Shown piece by piece: positions 30,001 to 42,000 of a stretch of 64,000 bases of DNA (position 1 is its first letter; the number at the start of each line of letters is the position of its first letter). A program made the translations under genes and the position numbers. Origin of the DNA: Eledone cirrhosa (Eukaryota); the NCBI GenBank assembly GCA_964016885.1, contig OZ024744.1:54436001-54500000 (forward strand), in the 5' to 3' direction. The notes under the pieces are model-generated. The model was not told the DNA's origin, did not search any database, and worked only from the letters and a program-made list of their open reading frames with translations.

Positions 30001-33000
30001 TTAGAGCTGGGTAGACTGTTGACAGTTAAGTGTCTTGGTTATAGACACAGTACAGTGAACTATACAACACTCTGGTGCCTACTTACAACTAGGTGGACTG
30101 TTCACAGTGGAGTGTCTTGGTTATAGAGACAGTACAGTGAACTATACTACACTGTGGTACCTACTTGCAGCAAGGTGGACTGTTGACAGTTAAGTGTCTT
30201 GGATATAGACACATTACAGTGAACTATACCACATTCTGGTGCCTACTTACAACTAGGAGGACTGTTGACAATTAAGTGTCTTGGATATAAACCACAGTAG
30301 AGTGAACTATACCACACTGTGGTACCTACTTACAGCTAGGTGGACTGTTGACAGTTAAGTGTCTTCGTTATAGACACAGTACAGTGTACTATACCACACT
30401 GTGGTACCTACTTACAACTAGGTGGACTGTTGACAGGGGAGTGTCTTGGTTATAGACATAGTACAGTGAACTATACCACACTGTGGTACCTACTTACAGC
30501 TAGGTGGACTGTTGATAGTTAAGTGTCTTGGTTATAGACACAGTACAGTGAATTATTTCACACTGTGGTACTTACTTACAGCTAGGAGGACTGTTGACAG
30601 TTAAGTGTCTTGGTTATAGACACAGTACCGTGAACTATACCACACTGTGGTACCTACTTACAGCCAGGTGGACTGTTGACAGTTAAGTGTCTTGGTTATA
30701 GACACTGTACAGTGAACTATACCATACTGTGGTACCAGCTTACAGCTAGGTCGACTGTTGAGAGTTAAGTGTCTTGGTTATAGACACAGTACAGTGAACT
30801 ATACCACACTGTGGTACCTACTTACAGCTAGGTGGACTGTTGACAGTTAAGTGTCTTCGTTATAGACACGGTACAGTGAACTATACCACACCGTGGTACC
30901 TACTTACAGCTAGGTGGAATGTTGACAGTTAAGTGCCTTGGTTATAGAGACAATACAGTGAACTATACCACACTGTGGTACCTACTTAGAGCTAGGTGAA
31001 CAGTTGACAGTTAAGTGTCTTGGTTATAGACACAGTACAGTGTTCTATAGCTCATTGTGGTAACTACTTACAGCTAGGTGGACTGTTGACAGTTAAGTGT
31101 CTTGGTTATAAAGACAGTAGAGTGAACTAAACCACACTGTGGTACCTACTTACAGCTAGGTGGACTGTTGACAATTAAGTGTCTTGGTCATAGTGATAGT
31201 ACAGTGAACTATACTACACTGTACCTACTTACAGCCAGGTGGGCTGGACTGTTGACAGTTAAATGTTGGTTATAGACACAGCACAGTGAACTATACCACA
31301 CTGTGGTACCTACTCACAGCTAGGTGGACTGGACTGTTGACAGTAAGTCTGGTTATAGACACAGTATAGTGAACTATACCACACTGTGGTACCTACTTAC
31401 AGCTAGGTGGACAGTTGACAGTTAAGTGTCTTAGTTATAGACACAGTACAATGAACTATACCACAATGTTGTACCTACTTAGTGCTGGCAGACTGTTGAC
31501 AGTTAAGTGTCTTGGTTATAGACACACTACAGTGAACTATACAACACTCTGGTGCCTACTTACAACTAGGTGGACTGTTCACAGTGGAGTGTCTTGGTTA
31601 TAGAGACAGTACAATGAACTATACTACACCGTGGTACCTACTTACAGGCTAGGTGGACTGTTGACAGTTAAGTGTCTTGGATATAGACACAGTACAGTGA
31701 ACTATACCACACTCTGGTGCCTACTTACAGCTAGGAGGACTGTTGACAGATAAGTGTCTTGGTTATAGAGACAATACGGTGAAATATACCACACTGTGGT
31801 ACCTACTGACAACTAGGTGGACTGGGCTGTTGACAGTTAAGTCTTGGTTATAGACACAGTACAGTGAACTATTCCACACTGTGGTACCTACTTACAACTA
31901 GGAGGACTGTTGACAATTAAGTGTCTTGGTTATAAACCACAGTAGGGTGAACTATACCACACTGTGGTACCTACTTACAGCTAGGAGGACTGTTGATAGT
32001 TAAGTGTCTTGGTTATAGACACAGTACAGTGAACTATACCACACTGTGGTACCTACTTACAGCTAGGTGGACTGTTGACAGTTAAGTGTCTTGGTTATAG
32101 ACACAGTACAGTGAACTATACCATACTGCGGTACCAACTTACAGCTAGGTCGACTGTTGAGAGTTAAGTGTCTTGGTTATAGACACAGTACAGTGAACTA
32201 TACCACACTGTGGTACCTACTTACAGCTAGGTCGACTGTTGACAGTTAAGTGTCTTGGTTATAGACACAGTACAGTGAACTATATCACACTGTGGTACCT
32301 AGTTACAACTAGGTGGACTGTTGACAGTTAAGTCTTGGTTATAGACACAGTACAGTGAACTATACAACACTGTGGTACCTACTTACAGCTAGGTGGACTG
32401 TTGACAGTTAAGTATCTTCGTTATAGACACAGTACAGTGAACTATACCACACTGTGGTACCTACTTAGAGCTGGGTAGACTGTTGACAGTTAAGTGTATT
32501 GGTTATAGACACAGTACAGTGAACTATACCATACTGTGGTACCAACTTACAGCTAGGTCGACTGTTGAGAGTTAAGCGTCTTGGTTATAGACACAGTACA
32601 GTGAACTATACCACACTGTGGTACTTACTTACAGCTAGGTGGACTGTTGACAGTTAAGTGTCTTGGTTATAGACACAGTACAGTGAACTATATCACACTG
32701 TGGTATCTACTTACAACTAGGTGGACTGTTGACAGTTCAGTCTTGGTTATGGACACAGTACAGTGAAGTATACAACACTGTGGTACCTACTTACAACTAG
32801 GTGGACTGTTGACAGTTAAGTATCTTCGTTAGAGACACAGTACAGTGAACTATACCACACTGTGGTACCTACTTAGAGCTGGGTAGAGTGTTGACAGTTA
32901 AGTGTCTTGGTTATAGACACAGTACAGTGAACTATACCACACTGTGGTACCTACTTACAGCTAGGTGGACTGTTGACAGTGGAGTATCTTGGTTATAGAC

Positions 33001-36000
33001 ACAGTAGTGAACTATACCACACTGTGGTACCTACTTACAGCTAGGTGGACTGTTGACAGTGGAGTATCTTGGTTATAGACACAGTAGTGAACTATACCAC
33101 ACTGTGGTACCTACTTACAGCTAGGTCGACTGTTGAGAGTTAAGTGTCTTGGTTATAGACATAATACAGTGAACTATACGACACTGTGGTACCTATTTAC
33201 AGCTAGGTGGACTGTTGACAGTGGAGTATCTTGGTATAGACATAGTACAGTGAACTATACCACACTGTGGTACCTACTTACAACTAGGTGGACTGTTGAC
33301 AGATAAGTGTCTTGGTTTTAGACACAGTAGAGTGAACTCTTCCACACTGTGGTACCTACTTACAGCTAGGTGGACTGGACTGTTGACAGTTAAGTCTCTT
33401 AGATATAGACACAGTACATTGAACTATACCACACTGTGGTACCTACTTACAGCTAGGTGAACTGTTGACAGTTAAGTGTCTTGGTTATAGACACAGTACA
33501 GTGTTCTATAGCTCATTGTGGTACCTACTTACAGCTAGGTGGACTGTTGACAATTAAGTGTCTTGGTTATAGAAATATTACAGTGAACTATACAACACTG
33601 TGGTACCTAATTACATCTAGGTGGACTGTTGACAATTAAGTGTCTTGGTTATAGACACAGCAGAGTGAACTATACCACACTGTGGAACCTACTTACAGCT
33701 AGGTGGACTGTTGACAGTTAAGTGTCTTAGTTATAGACACAGTAGAATGAACTATACCATAATGTGGTACCTACTTAGAGCTGGGTAGACTGTTGACAGT
33801 TAAGTGTCTTGGTTATAGACACAGTACAGTGAACTATACCACACTGTGGTGCCTACTTACAACTAGGTGGACTGTTCACGGTGGAGTGTCTTGGTTATAT
33901 AGAGAGTACAGTGTACTATACGACACTGTGGTACCTACTTAGAGCTTGGTGGACTGTTGACAGTTCAGTGTCTTGGTTATAGACACAGTACAGTGAACTA
34001 TACCACACTCTGGTGCCTACTTACAGCTAGGAGGACTGTTGACAGTTAAGTGTCTTGGTTATAGAGACAGTACAGTGAACTATACCACACTGTGGTACCT
34101 ACTTACAGCTAGGTGGACTGGACTGTTGACAGTTAAGTGTCTTGGTTATAGACACAGTACAGTGAATTATACCTCACTGTGGTACCTACTGACAGCTAGG
34201 TGGAATGGACTGTTGACAGTTAAGCCTTGGTTATAGACACAGTACAGTGAACTATACCACACTGTGGTACCTACTTACAACTAGGTGGACTGTTGACAGT
34301 TAAGTGTCTTCATTATAGACACAGTACAGTGAACTATACCACACTGTGGTACCTACTTACAGCTAGGTGGACTGGACTGTTGACAGTTAAGTGTCTTGGT
34401 TATAGACACAGTACAGTGAATTATACCACACTGTGGTGCCTACTTACAGCTAGGTGGACTGTTGACAGTGGAGTGTCTTGGTTATAGACATAGTACAGTG
34501 AACTATACCACACTATGGTACCTACTTACAGCTAGGTGGACTGTTGACAGTTAAGTCTCTTGGTTATAGATATAGTACAGTGAACTATACAACACTGTGG
34601 TACCTACTTACAGCTAGGTGGACTGTTGACAGTGGAGTATCTTGGTATAGACACAGTACAGTGAACTATACCACACTGTGGTACCTACTTACAGCTAGGT
34701 GGACTGTTGACGGTTAAGTATATTCGTTATAGACGCAGTACAGTGAACTATACCACACTGTGGTACCTACTTAGAGCTGGGTAGACTGTTGACACTTAAG
34801 TGTCTTGGTTATAGACACAGTAGTGAACTATACCACACTGTGGTACCTACTTACAGCTAGGTGGACTGTTGACAGTTAAGTCTCTTGGTTATAGACACAG
34901 TACAGTGAACTATACCACACTGTGGTACCTACTTACAGCTAGGTGGACTGTTGACAGTGGAGAATCTTGGTATAGACACAGTACAGTGAACTATACCACA
35001 CTGTGGTACCTACTTACAACTAGGTGGACTGTTGACAATTAAGTGTCTTGGTTATAGAGATAGTACAGTGAACTATACTACACTGTGCTACCTACTTACA
35101 GCTAGGTGGGCTGGACTGTTGACAGATAAGTCTCTTGGATATAGACACAGTATAGTGAACTATACCACACTGTGGTACCTACTTACAGCTAGGTGGACTG
35201 TTGACAGTTAAGTGTCTTGGTTATAGACACAATACAGTGAACTATACCACAGTGAGGTACCTACTTACAGCTAGGTGGACTGTTGACAGTTAAGTGTCTT
35301 GGTTATAGACACAGTACAGTGAACTATATCACACTGTGGTACCTACTTACAACTAGGTGGACTGTTGACAGTTAAGTGTCTTGGTTATAGACACAATACA
35401 GTGAACTATACAACACTTTGGTACCTACTTACAGCTAGGTGGACTGTTGACAATTAAGTGTCTTGGTTATAGAGATAGTACAGTGAACTATACTACACTG
35501 TGCTACCTACTTACAGCCAGGTGGGCTGGACTGTTGACAGTTAATTCTTGGTTATAGACACAGCACAGTGAAGTATACCACACTGTGGTACCTACTTACA
35601 GCTAGGTGGACTGGAATGTTGGCAGTTAAGTCTTGGTTATAGACACAGTATAGTGAACTATATCACACTGTGGAACCTGCTTACAGCTAGGTGGACTGTT
35701 GACAGTTAAGTGTCTTAGTTATAGACACAGTACCATGAACTATACCACACTGTGGTACCTACTTAGAGCTGGGTAGACTGTTGATAGTTAAGTGTCTTGG
35801 TTATAGACACAGTTCAGTGAACTATACCACTCTGCGGTACCTACTTACAGCTTGGTGGACTGTTAACAGTTAGGTGTCTTGGACACAGTACAGTCAACTA
35901 TACCACACTGTGGTACCTACTTACAGTTAGGTGGACTATTTACAGTTACGTGTCTTGGTTATAGACACAGTACAGTGAACTATACCACACTGTGGTTCCT

Positions 36001-39000
36001 ACTTACAGCTAGGTGGACTGTTGACAGTTAAGTGTCTTGGACACAGTAGAGTTAACTATACCACACTGTGGACCTACTTACAGTTAGGTGGACTATTTAC
36101 AGTTAAGTGTCTTGGTTATAGACACAGTAGAGTGAACTATACCACTCTGTGGTACCTACTTACAGCTAGGTGGACTGTTGACAGTTAAGTGTCTTGGTTA
36201 TAGAGATAGTACAGTGAACTATACCACACTGTGGTACCTACTTACAGCTAGGTGGACTGGACTGTTGACAGTTAAGTGTCTTGGTTATAGACACAGTACA
36301 GTGAACTATACCACACTGTGGTACCTACTTACAGCTAGGTGGACTGTTGACAGTTAAGTGTCTTGGTTATAGACACAGTAGTGTGAACTATACCACACTG
36401 TGCTACCTACTTACAACTAGTTGGACTGTTGATAGTGGAGTGTCTTGGTTATAGACACAGTACAGTGAACTATACCATTCTGTGGTACCTACTCACAGCT
36501 AGGTGGACTGTTGACAGTTAAGTGTCTTGGTTATAGAGATAGTACAGTGTACTATACCACAGTGTTGTACCTACTTACAGCTAGGTGGACTGGATTGTTG
36601 ACAGTTAAGTGTCTTGGTTAGTGACACAGTACAGTGAATTATAATACACTGTGGTACCTACTTACAACTAAGTGGAATGTTGACAGTTAAGTGTCTTGGT
36701 TATAGACACAGTACAGTGAACTATAGCACACTGGGGTACCAACTTACAGCTAGGTGGACTGTTGACAGTTAAGTGTCTTGGTTGTAGACACAATACAGTG
36801 AACTATACCACACTGTGGTACCTGCTTACAGCTAGGCGGACTGTTGACAGTAGAGTATCTTGGTTATAGACACAGTAAAATGAACTATACCAGACTGTGG
36901 TACCTACTTACAGCTAGGTGGACTGTTGACAGTTAAGTATCTTGGTTATAGACACAGTACAGTGAACTATACCACACTGTGAAACCTACTTACAGCTAGG
37001 TGGACTGTTGACAGTTAAGTGTCTTGGTTATAGACACAGTACAGTGAACTATACCACACTGTGGTACCTACTTACAGCTAAGTGGACTGTTGACAGTTAA
37101 GTGTCTTGGTTATAGACACAGTACAGTGAACTATACCACACTGTGGTACCTACTTACAGCTTGGTGGACAGTTGACAGTAGAGTATCTTGGTTATAGACA
37201 CAGTAGAGTGAACTATACCACACTGTGGACCCTACTTACAGCTAGGTAGACTGTTGACAGTGGAGTATCTTAGTTATAGACACAGTACAGTGAACTATAC
37301 CACACTGTGGAACCTACTTAAAGCTAGGTGGACTGTTGACAGTTAAGTATCTTCGTTATAGACACAGTACAGTGAATTATACCACACTGTGGTACCTACT
37401 TACAGCTAGGTGGACTGTTGACAGTTAAGTGTCTTGGTTATAAACAGAGTACAGTGAACTATACAACACTGTGGTACCTACTTACAACTATGTGGACTGT
37501 TGACAGTTAAGTGTCTTGGTTATAGACACAGTACAGTGAACTATACCACACTGGTACCTACTTACAGCTAGGTGGACTGTTGACAGTTAAGTGTCTTGGT
37601 TATAGACACAGTAGAGTGAACTATACCACACTGTGTTACCTACTTACAGCTAGGTGGACTGTTGACAGTTAAGTGTCTTGGTTATATACAGAGTTCAGTG
37701 AACTATATCACACTGTGGTACCTACTTACAGCTAGGTGGACTGTTGACAGTTTCGTTTCTTGGCTATAGACACAGTACAGTGACATATAACTCAGTGTGG
37801 TACCTACTTACAGCTAGGTGGACTGTTGACAGTTAAGTGTCTTGGTTATAGACACAGTACAGTGAACTATACCATACTGTGGTACCTACGTACATCTAGC
37901 TGGACTGTTGACAGTTAAGTGTCTTGGTTATAGACACAGTACAGTGAACTATACCACACTGTGGTACCTACTTACAGCTTGGTGGACTGTTGACACTTAA
38001 GTGTCTTGGTTATAGACACAGTACAGTGAAATATACCACACTGTGATACCTACTTACAGCTAGGTGCACTGTTGACAGTTAAGTGTCTTGGTTATAGACA
38101 GAGTACAGTGAACTATACCACACTGTGGTACCTACTTACAGCTAGGTGGAATGTTGACAGTTAAGTGTCTTGGTTATAGACACAGTACAGTGAACTATAC
38201 AACACTATGGTACCAACTTACTGCTAGGTGGACTGTTGACAGTTAAGTGTATTGGTTATAGACACAGTACAGTGAACTATACTACACTGTGGTACCTACT
38301 TACAGCTAGGTGGACTGTTGACAGTTAAGTGTCTTGGTTATAGACACAGTACAGTGATCTATACCACTCTGTGGTACCTACTTACATCTAGGTGGACAGT
38401 TGACAGTTAAGTGTCTTGGTTATAGAGATAGTACAGTGAACTATACCACACTGTGGTACCTACTTACAGCTAGGTGGACTGGACTGTTGACAGTTAAGTG
38501 TCTTGATTATAAACACAGTACAGTGAACTATACCACACTGTGGTACCTATTTACAGCTAGGTGGACTGTTGACAGTTAAGTGTCTTGGTTATAGATACAG
38601 TACAGTTAACCATACCACACTGTTGTACCTACTTACAGCTAGGTGGATTGTTGACAGTAGAGTATCTTAGTTATAGACACAGTACAGTGAACTATACCAC
38701 ACTGTGGCACCTACTTACAGCTAGGTGGACTGGACTGTTGACAGTTAAGTCTTAGTTATAGACATAGTACAATGAACTATATCACACTGTGGTACCTACT
38801 TACAGCTAGGTGGACTGTTGACAGTGGAGTATCTTGGTTATAGACACAGTACAGTGAACTATACCACACTTTGGTACCTAATTACAGCTAGGAGGACTGT
38901 TGATATTTAAGTGTCTTGGTTATAGACACAGTAGAGTGTGCTATACCACACTATGGTACCTATTTGCAGCTAGGTGAACTGTTGACAGTTAAGTGTCTTG

Positions 39001-42000
39001 GTTATAGATGCAGTACAGTGAACTATACCACACTGTGGTACCTACTTACAGCTAGGTGGACTGTTGACTGTTAAGTGTCTTGGTTATAGACACAGTACAG
39101 TGAACTATACCATACTGTGGTACCTACTTACAGCTAGGTGGACGGTTGACAGTTAAGTGTCTTGGTTATAGACAGAGTACAGTGAACTATATCACACTGT
39201 GGTACCTACTTACAACTAGGTGGACTGTTGACAGTTTAGTGTCTTGGTTATAGAAACGGTACAGTGAACTATACCACACTGTGGTACCTACTTACAGCTG
39301 GGTGGACTGTTGACAGTAGAGTATCTTGGTTATAGACACAGTACAGTGAACTATATCACAGTGTGGTACCTACTTACAGCTAGGTGGACTGTTGACTGTT
39401 AAGTATCTTCGTTATAGACACAGTACAGTGAAATATACCAAACTGTGGTACCTACTTAGAGTTGGGTAGACTGTTGACAGTTAAGTGTCTTGGTTATAGA
39501 CACAGTACAGTAAACTATACCACACTGTGGCACCTACTTACAGCTAGGTGGACTGTTGACAGTGGAGTATCTTAATTATAGACACAGTACAGTGAACTAT
39601 ACCACTCTGTGGTACCTACTTACAGCTAGGTGGACTGTTGACAGTTAAGTGTCTGGGTTATAGAGATAGTACAGTGAACTATACCACACTGTGGTACCTA
39701 GTTACAGCTAGGTGGACTGGACTGTTGACAGTTAAGTGTCTTGTTTATAGACACAGTACAGTGAATTATAACACACTGTGGTACCTACTTACAACTAGGT
39801 GGACTGTTGACAGTTAAGTGTCTTGGTTATAGACAGAGTACAGTGAACTATACCATACTGTGGTACCTACTTACAGCTAGTTGGACTGTTGACAGTTAAG
39901 TGTCTTGGTTATAGTCACAGTACAGTGAACTATACCACATTGGGGTACCAACTTACAGCTAGGTGGACTGTTGACAGTTAAGTGTCTTGGTTATAGACAC
40001 AGTACAGTGAACTATACCACACTGTGGTACCTACTTACAGCTAGGTGGACTGTTGACAGTAGAGAATCTTGGTTATAGGAACAGTAGAGTGAATTATACC
40101 ACACTGTGGTACCTACTTACAGCTAGGTGGACTGTTGATAGTTAAGTGTCTTGGTTATAGACACAGTACAGTGAACTATACCACACTGTGAAACCTACTT
40201 ACAGCTAGGTGGACTGTTGACATTTAAGTGTCTTGGTTATAGACACAGTACGGTGAACTATACCACACTGTGGTACCTACTTACAGCTAGGTGGACTGTT
40301 GACAGTTAAGTGTCTTGGTTATAGACACAGTACAGTGAACTATACCACACTGTGGTACCTACTTACAGCTAGGTGGACTGTTGACAGTAGAGTATCTTGG
40401 TTATAGACACAGTAGAGTGAACTATTCCACACTGTGGCACCTACTTACAGCTAGGTGGACTGTTGACAGTGGAGTATCTTAGTTATAGACACAGTACAGT
40501 GAACTATACCACACTGTGGAACCTACTTATAGCTAGGTGGACTGTTGACAGTTAAGTATCTTCGTTATAGACACAGTACAGTGAATTATACCACACTGTG
40601 GTACCTACTTCCAGCTGGGTAGACTGTTGACAGTTAAGTGTCTTGGTTATAGACAGAGTACAGTGAACTCTACCATACTGTGGTACCTACTTACAACTAG
40701 GTGGACTGTTGATAGTGGAGTATCTTGGTTATAGACACAGTACAGTGAACTATACCACTCTGTGGTACCTACTTACAGCTAGGTGGACTGTTGACAGTTA
40801 AGTATCTTGGTTATAGAGATAGTACAGTGAACTATACCATACTGTGGTACCTACTTACAACTAGGTGGACTGTTGATAGTGGAGTATCTTGGTTATAGAC
40901 ACAGTACAGTGAACTATACCACTCTGTGGTACCTACTTACAGCTAGGTGGACTGTTGACAGTTAAGTATCTTGGTTATAGAGATAGTACAGTGAACTATA
41001 CCACACTGTGGTACCTACTTACAGCTAGGTGGACTGGACTGTTGACAGTTTAGTGTCTCGGTTACAGACAGAGTACAGTGAACTATACCACACTGTGGTA
41101 CCTACTTACAGCTAGGTGGACTGTTGACAGTTAAGTTTCTTGGTTATAGACACAGTACAGTGAACTATACCACTCTATGGTACCTATTTACAACTAGGTG
41201 AACTGTTGACAGTTAAGTGTCTTGGTTATAGATGCAGTACAGTGAACTATACCACACTGTGGTACCTAATTACAGCTAGGAGGACTGTTGACAGTTAAGT
41301 GTCTTGGTTATAGATGCAGTACAGTGAACTATACCACACTGTGGTACCTACTTACAGCTAGGTGAATTGTTGACAGTTAAGTGTCTTGGTTATAGACATA
41401 GTACAGTGAACTATATCACACTATGGTACCTACTTACATCTATGTGGACTGTTGACAGTTAAGTGTCTTGGTTATAGACACAGTACAGTGAACTATACCA
41501 CACTGTGGTACCTACTTACAGCTAGGTGGACTGTTGACAGTTAAGTGTCTTGGTTATAGACACAGTAGAGTGAACTATGTCACACTGTGGTACCTACTTA
41601 CAGCTAGGTGGACTGTTGACAGTTTCGTTTCTTGGCTATAGACACAGTACAGTGACATATAACTCAGTGTGGTACCTACTTACAGCTAGGTGGACTGTTG
41701 ACAGTTAAGTGTCTTGGTTATAGACACAGTACAGTGAACTATACCATACTGTGGTACCTACGTACATCTAGCTGGACTGTTGACAGTTAAGTGTCTTGGT
41801 TATAGACACAGTAGAGTGAACTATACCACACTGTGGTACATACTTACAGCTTCGTGGACTGTTGACAGTTAAGTGTCTTGGTTATAGACACAGTACAGTG
41901 AACTATACCACACTGTGGTACCTACTTACAGCTAGGTGCACTGTTGACAGTTAAGTGTCTTGGTTATAGACACAGTACAGTGAACTATACCACACTGTGG

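Noticed and set aside
41944-41970. Bacterial sigma70-like promoter (TTGACA followed by TATAGA) in each monomer
   Set aside because: TTGACA (41944-41949) and TATAGA (41965-41970) are 15 bp apart, short of the 16-18 optimum. The -10 lacks the conserved final T, there is no downstream gene, and the context looks like eukaryotic satellite DNA.
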